Position numbers and translations under genes: made by a program. The notes below the pieces were generated by a model, which ran no database searches, was not told the DNA's origin, and was given only the letters and a program-made list of their open reading frames with translations. Source: Paraspadella gotoi (Eukaryota; Animalia; Chaetognatha). From it: DNA of 64,000 nucleotides. Shown in pieces: positions 57,813 to 64,000 of the stretch; position 1 is the stretch's first letter; each line of letters starts with the position of its first letter. The stretch spans positions 13,408,414-13,472,413 of the forward strand of contig CM119263.1 in the NCBI GenBank assembly GCA_051294375.1. The letters are read 5' to 3'.

Positions 57813-59552
57813 AAAGAGAGAAAGTCGTCTTCCCTTCGTCTCGTCGACAGAATCTTTCTTTTTTTTCCTCTTTTATTTTTGTTTCCCAATCGGAAAAGAT
57901 AATTTGCTTTTAAATACAAAGATAAGTACGTAAATAATATTTGGTTGACCAATGACCATCAGTTTTTTGAGTTTTAAAATTCAACCTTCATACGACTTCT
58001 CCATATTTACATATTCTCCACATCCCTTTCCTTCCAGCCTCTCAAAAAAAAACCCTCCCTTTCCCCCCACTGCTTCCTTTCCTCTCTCTCCCTCCTCCCA
58101 TCAGCCCCGTCGGGACGGCCGCATTTCCTTCATGATTTTATCACCTATCTTCTGCCATTTTTATTTCCCCATCATTTTTCCTTCCCCTCCACGTCCTCAC
58201 ATCTTTGGCACCATCATTTCATATTTTATATGAATAGCTTCAGACGCGCTCGCTTTCCTCGTCCTCTTCTTCCCACTTCCCTTTGCCCAACTCCTTTTCC
58301 TCTTTTCACCGCCCCCCCCCAATACTCGCCATGCGCTTAGAACACCACCTGGCGATTTATCTTTTCTAATACTAGTTAAAACCGCTGTTTCATTTGTGTC
58401 GTGAAAAAATAATAACTTGCCTTTTTTATTTGAAGTATTAAATAATGATTGGCAATGACTCACGTTAATGAATAATATTAAACGATTCAAATGGACACAA
58501 TCGCTAATTTTGTAGTAAGCACGAGAATCGCTGAACTTCGAACTTGGAAAATCTTACGCAAGTTACAAACTTCATCGCCAGTTCTCACCCAAGGGTCCCG
58601 CCTCACCCCCTCCCCATTCTTCACGCCTTACCCCAAAGCCGCTCCCCCACGACCCAGTGTCATCTTTTTCATCGCGAATTTCAGCGAGAAAATGGAATAT
58701 TCAGTCAGATAATGAAAATTTGAATCAATTTTGGGGGGAAAAGGATGCGTCGAGGCGACGAAGGATCGTGGAAGGAGAAGCGAAGAAAATTGGAGGCGAA
58801 AAAAAATTGTGTTCGAATGGATTTTTTTTTTCTTTCTCGGGGTCCGTCTTTGAGTAAAATGTGGAGGAGGAGGGGGAAAGAAGGAGAGAGATGGGACAAA
58901 CGAAATTTATGGGTAACGATAAGTTTGTTTTTTTCATATTAGTACCCTCGTGAGGAATGCAGCGAACGCTGGTGGGAAAACCTAAGTACTGAAATGTTTT
59001 TATTAAAGGAAACTTCTTTTGGTCCTCGGTTTTAGGTAAAGTCTATGGAACCAAATGAACAAGTGATATCCATTTTGGCGTTAAACCAACTAAATTTTTT
59101 TCTTTTTACGTATTTTAGGTAATTCTTCTCACATGACATAGTATTCGGTCGGCAAAAATTGACATAATTGAAAGCTTGCTATGTCATTATCTAGTAAGAG
59201 TGATGGAGGCCTTAAACCAGCAAATCCTGTCCAAAGTCAGGGGCAAGATAGCTTATTTATTAAATGGACGGAAAATTTTTATATTGGTTGTACAAATTTC
59301 ATAAGTTTGTTTGCTCGCGTCAAACGAAAATTAGTCGATGCTTACGAAGTCGATGACTTCGTTTCCAAGAAAAAGTTCTTTTGTTATCGAAAGGAGCAAA
59401 AAACTTCGACGTTTCTTGCTTTTTCCACTTTTCATCAACGATTGTTTTCTTTTCAAAATTTCCAAATTCCTTCGTGTTAGTTTTATTAGTTTCGGTTTCC
59501 GTCTAAAAATTTTCCTTGCTTCTTTCTCTTTTTTCGGGCGCCAATTCCTGAG

Positions 59553-59626
<74 letters not shown>

Positions 59627-59814
59627 CGAGAGAGAGAGAGAGAAGAGATGGAAGATGGGCGGCGTTGAAATGCTTTTGAGTGGTTCAGCCACTGCGGACC
59701 TTTAAGCCTCTTTTCCATTTTCAAAAATTAGAGAAAAAGTCCAATAATTTTGAAATGTTGGGATTTTCAAAGTTATAGGAAGCCTCTCTCTCTCTCTCTC
59801 CTCTCTCTCTCCTC

Positions 59815-59864
<50 letters not shown>

Positions 59865-60703
59865 TCTCGTTTTTCCTTTATTCATTTTTTCCCCTTTTTC
59901 TAAATCAGTTTTTTTCACTCTTCGCTTTACGTATTTATCAATTATTGTCTGCGGTAAGATAGCTTACTTATTCGATGAATGAATATTTGATAATTTCTCT
60001 ATTGGTTATACCAATTTTATAAAATCCTATACTAGAAAAAAAAACACGTCATTTTCATTATTCAACATTATTTCACGATAAACATTCAAAAATTTGGGAA
60101 CAAGCCGTGTTCAGTATCGCAGCACCAAATTTTTTCCGTCGAAAAGAATTTGGCGAATCTCGCGACATTAAAGTTGACAATATTTCATGATTAGCGCGGC
60201 GTAATGTTGGCCGTCTCCGCTAGAGCCGCCGACGCGGTCGAGGCCGACGCCGCCGATAAATCCGGCGTTCAGTTGTGTTATGAGTCCGTTTTGCGCGTGA
60301 TTCCGTCGACGTCGCCGTTTCCACGTGATTAAGACGTTAAATGGTTATTTCGGGCCCCGCAATTAGGACGCGTTGATGACCCATTTCCACCCACGTCGCC
60401 GCACATGGGACCTGCCGCAGTCACCCTCCTAGCCTTCGTACGGGACCCTTCCCTTCACTTCTTTTTTATATTTTTCCTTCTTCCCTTCTCTTTCCTCTTT
60501 CCTCTTTCTCTTACCAGCCCCCCCAGCCAATAACAATTTCCTCCCCTTCACCTACCAACCCCCCATCCTTCTCGTTTCCAAACTCATTTCCCCCCTTACC
60601 ATTTCGTTTGCAGGTTTTCTTTACTCACCCGAGCGTGAGGCCGGTCTTCCTTACCCTTGACTCGCACCATTACTTTCGGCTCATAAGTTTTTCCTCCCTT
60701 CCG

Positions 60704-60787
60704 TGTCCCCCTTTTTTTTCTCCCTTGCCCCCCTTTTTTTCTCCCTTGCCCCCTTTTTTTTTTCTCCCTTGCCCCCCTTTTTTTTTG
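60704..60787. repeat. About 22-bp pyrimidine tandem repeat (CTCCCTTG-Cn-Tn), about 3.5 units
   Basis: Read directly. Confidence 0.75.
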
Positions 60788-61121
60788 CTCTGCTCGTCAC
60801 GGCGATGACTTCCTCTGCTCCCCAAATTTCCCTTCGCTCATCTTCTCTGCTTCCCTGCTTCTTCTTTCTTTCTGTTCACCTCTCAAACCAACTCTTATTC
60901 ATTTTTTATGGCGGCATGTTTCCAAAAAAAAAAAAAAAAAAAAAAATTTTAGAAATCGTAAAAATTCTAGAAAAAAATTGTTTTGAAACATCTTTCAGGA
61001 AAAAAAAACTTACTTTTTCTTCGCTTTTTAAACAGCACATAAAATTATATTCGGATTCGGATTCTTTGTTTGTCTCATTCATAACTTACCTTATCTTGAA
61101 ATACTCCGTTTTGCTTCTCAG

Positions 61122-61588
61122 CCTCCCTCGCCTCTCGCTAGAAGCGCCACCCGAGTTTATTCGTCTCCTCTTCCTCGGCGCCCAAATCTCTACAATGTCT
61201 CCCTCCACCCCGCAACCGCCAAAGCGCCGCCCGCTCTCGTAACCCGCGACGTGATCTCACCACGCCACATTTGCGTCGCCCTCCCTCCCGCCGTTACAAC
61301 CGACAGAGGGCGCTGCCGCCGCCTCTGCCGACGCCATCGCCGCCCCAAAACCGCCGACGCCGACACCGACGCCGTTCCACGGTCATTACCGCCGCCGACG
61401 TCATCGTTCGAAGGCGTTTTTGGCGGAAAATCCGCGGCAACGAAAACCGAGAAAAAGGAAAAGCCAAAAATTGGGGCAAAAATTGGGTCCCGAGTTGGAT
61501 TTCGGCGGCAGACGTGTTGGAGTCTCGGTGCAAAAACCCAAGAAAATCTCAAAAATGTTTTATGGAAAAACCTCGGGGCAACAAGCAG
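61122..61588 (+). CDS. Candidate internal exon, Pro/Arg-rich, function unknown
   Basis: Acceptor TTGCTTCTCAG| at 61121 in phase 0, frame open to 61631 (170 codons), possible donor CAG|GTGCAA at 61589. No recognisable domain, and the antisense frame is also open. Confidence 0.25.
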
Positions 61589-63232
61589 GTGCAAATCCAG
61601 CGAAATAAATCTATTGTTGTTTAATCATTGACTTGCTCACTAATAAACATGATTCATTGATTCATTAAAGTTTTTTCACCTGATATTCGAGCTTTGTCCC
61701 AAATTATGCCTATTTACACATTTGCACGTCCGTAACTTTTCCCCATTAACATAACTGTAATTTCTCATAAATACTATCCATGAAATTTGCTTGACTGCTA
61801 AACAATGCTCTGCGCAAACGTTGCCGTTCTCCCGAGGCGTGACTACACCTTATGAAACCCATATTCATTACGGTTTTTCGGGGAGGAGCGGCAACTAGAG
61901 ACGACGACTCATTAGTAACCTGATCTCCGTTGAAGCGGCGACCGGCTGGCTCTCCCCACCGGCCTCCCCTTCAACCCACGCTATTTTCGCGAGATTAGCA
62001 GGGATCCACAATCCACATTTCACCTCTTAAGCCTTAAGTTAAGGCAGCCAGACCCTTTTTGTATCTACACCCCAGCTCAGTTTACGTCGAAGCATCCTTG
62101 TTGTCGAATGCCAAATCAATATCAATTTTTCATGGATTTATTCGATAAAAAGCCAACTTGCCCATACGTATATACTCAACGTAGAAACTAAAACTGTGTT
62201 TAATATCACTATTCTTATAAAAACATTCAATCTAATTTATTCTAGTACGCGGCGTAATTTCTGATAACCACGCCAGCCATCTCACAACCAAACCCACCCT
62301 TACCTTACCCCATCCCCACCCAAGCCTCACATTAGTCTCGCACCCTCGAGTTCAGCCGAAGCGAAGGTTATTACGACCGAGGTTCCTGTCATTGGTTTCG
62401 ATGGGAGGGGAGGACGGTTTGGTGAGAAGGAAAAGGTCGGTCAAGTGATATGTGAATAGAAAAAGGTAAGTATTAATATGAAGAGAAAATAAAAGGGGAT
62501 AAGGGGGTGTTTGTATATAAATGTAAAAGTCTCTGATGGGTGTGATAGCGCGATGAAATCAATTAGGGTTGTCGGGCGAGGGAAGTTTATTGGGTGGGTT
62601 CGGGAGGTTGTAAGTCTCCGGGGAAAAGGGCCGGGTCTCACATCTCAACCGTCGTCCGACTTCTGGCTCTTGTTTATTCATTCGTTAAATAGTTGAAGGC
62701 CGCTGACGTCGCGAATTTGGGGAAGAACTCGTTCGCTAGAGTCGAAATCCTTTGTTCGTTAAAGAAGTTTTCGGTTCATGAGGTTTTTGCGTTTTCGCTA
62801 CAAGGAACCCGAAGGTTTAGTTGATATAGGATAGATCGATTCTTATTATTTCCGATCGAAGGAAATATATTAAATGAATTCTAAAAATAGACTGGCAAGG
62901 CCGATTTATCGAGTAATTTATTTATACAAACGTATATAAGAGAAAAGGTTTTTGAAAGACCAATTAAACTTTCATATCAATGTCACGATAACCTAGAAGG
63001 ATACAGCTATCGATCCAGCTTTCATTAGGTGGCAGAACAAATCGATGAAAATCCACGGGTTAAAAATCATCGACAAATTTCTTTTTTAGCGTCTTCGGTT
63101 TCGAAAGAGTCTTTATTTCGTTCCCGTCGATCCGTCGACGAAATTTTAATTGTTCGAAGGCTCACCGCGGAATTAAGGGTCTTCGATGTCGAGATTCTGA
63201 GCCCCGACACCGCGCGAAGACTCAAATAAACG

Positions 63233-63280
63233 ATGAAGTTTTGCTTCGCCTTCTTGGCGATCCTACTCTTGGTCATAAAT
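63233..63280 (+). CDS. First coding exon (signal peptide MKFCFAFLAILLLVIN) of a secreted cysteine-rich knottin-like precursor
   Basis: ATG at 63233 has A at -3 and an in-frame TAA two codons upstream (63227-63229). It encodes Met-Lys plus a hydrophobic core. The exon ends at a consensus donor AAT|GTGAGT (63281-63286), phase 0. Confidence 0.75.
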
Positions 63281-63718
63281 GTGAGTCGTTACCACGGTAG
63301 GGAACAAAAGAGATATAAATCGTAATTTTTCCTTTTTTTATTAACTTATTTTTTTACTCGATATCTTGTGGCCGCTTGAACTTTTTTTACTTTTTTTGAA
63401 AATGATCAGAGGAAAAAGGAAAGAAATAAAAAATTATGATTTAAAAGAAAGAAAGAAGAAAACAGAAACAATAAAGTGAGGCGAGGGGAAAAAAAAGAAT
63501 AAAACGTAACTCGAAGTAAAAGTAAAAAGAGTGGGCTTCGGACTCGGTATGAAAACGGAGCGAGAGGACCCGCGGGAAGAAACCTGTAACCCTGCGACTT
63601 AGAAAAATTAGTGTGGAGGCAGTTTAGTGGAAAAAGGGAATAGAAAATATATTAGAAAAAAAAAACAGAAATATCAAAAGAAAAATGTCAAAATGAAGTG
63701 AAAACCAAACCTGTCCAG

Positions 63719-63879
63719 AGCGTCGACGGTAAATCCCTCAAGTCGGACGACACGGGCGACGATCCAGCCACACCGTTCGTAAAGCCCAAGAAGCACGTAG
63801 GGTGTCTCCACTACTACGAAAGATGCGGCAGGGATTCGCACAAGGAAGGCATGGCCTGCTGTGAGGGTTGCCAGTGCAG
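63719..63879 (+). CDS. Second coding exon of the knottin/ICK-like precursor (SVDGKSLKSDDTGDDPATPFVKPKKHVGCLHYYERCGRDSHKEGMACCEGCQCR); the gene probably continues beyond the window
   Basis: Phase-0 acceptor CCTGTCCAG|AGC matches the exon-1 donor and completes a signal peptide ending V-D-G. Cys pattern is C-x6-C-x10-CC-x2-C-x-C. Candidate donor CAG|GTTTGA at 63880 is followed by a pyrimidine-rich tract to the window end. The frame is open from 63656 to 64000. Confidence 0.7.
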
Positions 63880-64000
63880 GTTTGAAGGCTGCCTCTCTCT
63901 CCATTTCTCTCTCATTCATTCGTTCTACTTTACATTCTCTCCCGTCTTTCTCCTTTTACCTTTCTCTTCGTCTCTTTACTTCTCTACCACACTCTTTATT

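Noticed and set aside
59181-59480. 99-aa ATG-initiated ORF (MSLSSKSDGGLKPANPVQ...)
   Set aside because: No recognisable motif, it overlaps a diverged dispersed repeat, and its length is unremarkable for a 64-kb six-frame scan.
63029-63280. Stop-codon reassignment (TAA=Gln), suggested by single in-frame TAAs in otherwise open frames (63227, about 32092, about 60330, 6146)
   Set aside because: The 63227 TAA is better explained as a 5' UTR stop just before a signal-peptide ATG. The others have no homology support, the antisense frames are equally open, and indel errors are pervasive.
63674-63919. Minus-strand 81-aa ORF (MNEREMEREAAFKPALATLTAGH...)
   Set aside because: It is the antisense shadow of the + strand Cys-rich exon, which has matching splice phases and a coherent precursor structure.

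Overview
This is eukaryotic, almost certainly animal, nuclear DNA from a draft assembly. It is rich in (AG/CT)n, (TTTC)n and (ACG/GAC)n simple repeats and shows no visible CpG depletion. Roughly 25 kb of the 64 kb is redundant: direct or inverted copies that differ mostly by single-base indels and sit next to fixed-size 25-N and 10-N gaps, which points to noisy long-read gap filling rather than real duplication. Nearly all supplied ORFs are microsatellite translations. Two coding signals stand out, and the ORF track misses both. (1) At 63233-63879 (+) a two-exon gene splices cleanly into a signal peptide, a propeptide and a knottin (ICK)-like Cys array: MKFCFAFLAILLLVIN|SVDG-KSLKSDD...CLHYYERCGRDSHKEGMACCEGCQCR. 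(2) At 39192-39359 (+) a neuropeptide-precursor fragment reads RR-LGLLRL-GK between acidic spacers, resembling a myomodulin/LRLamide peptide. There are also clusters of CRE, E-box, YY1, CCAAT and TATA motifs, several minisatellites, and Asp/Glu-rich exon candidates. I found no rRNA, tRNA, CRISPR array, recognisable transposase or prokaryotic-type system.
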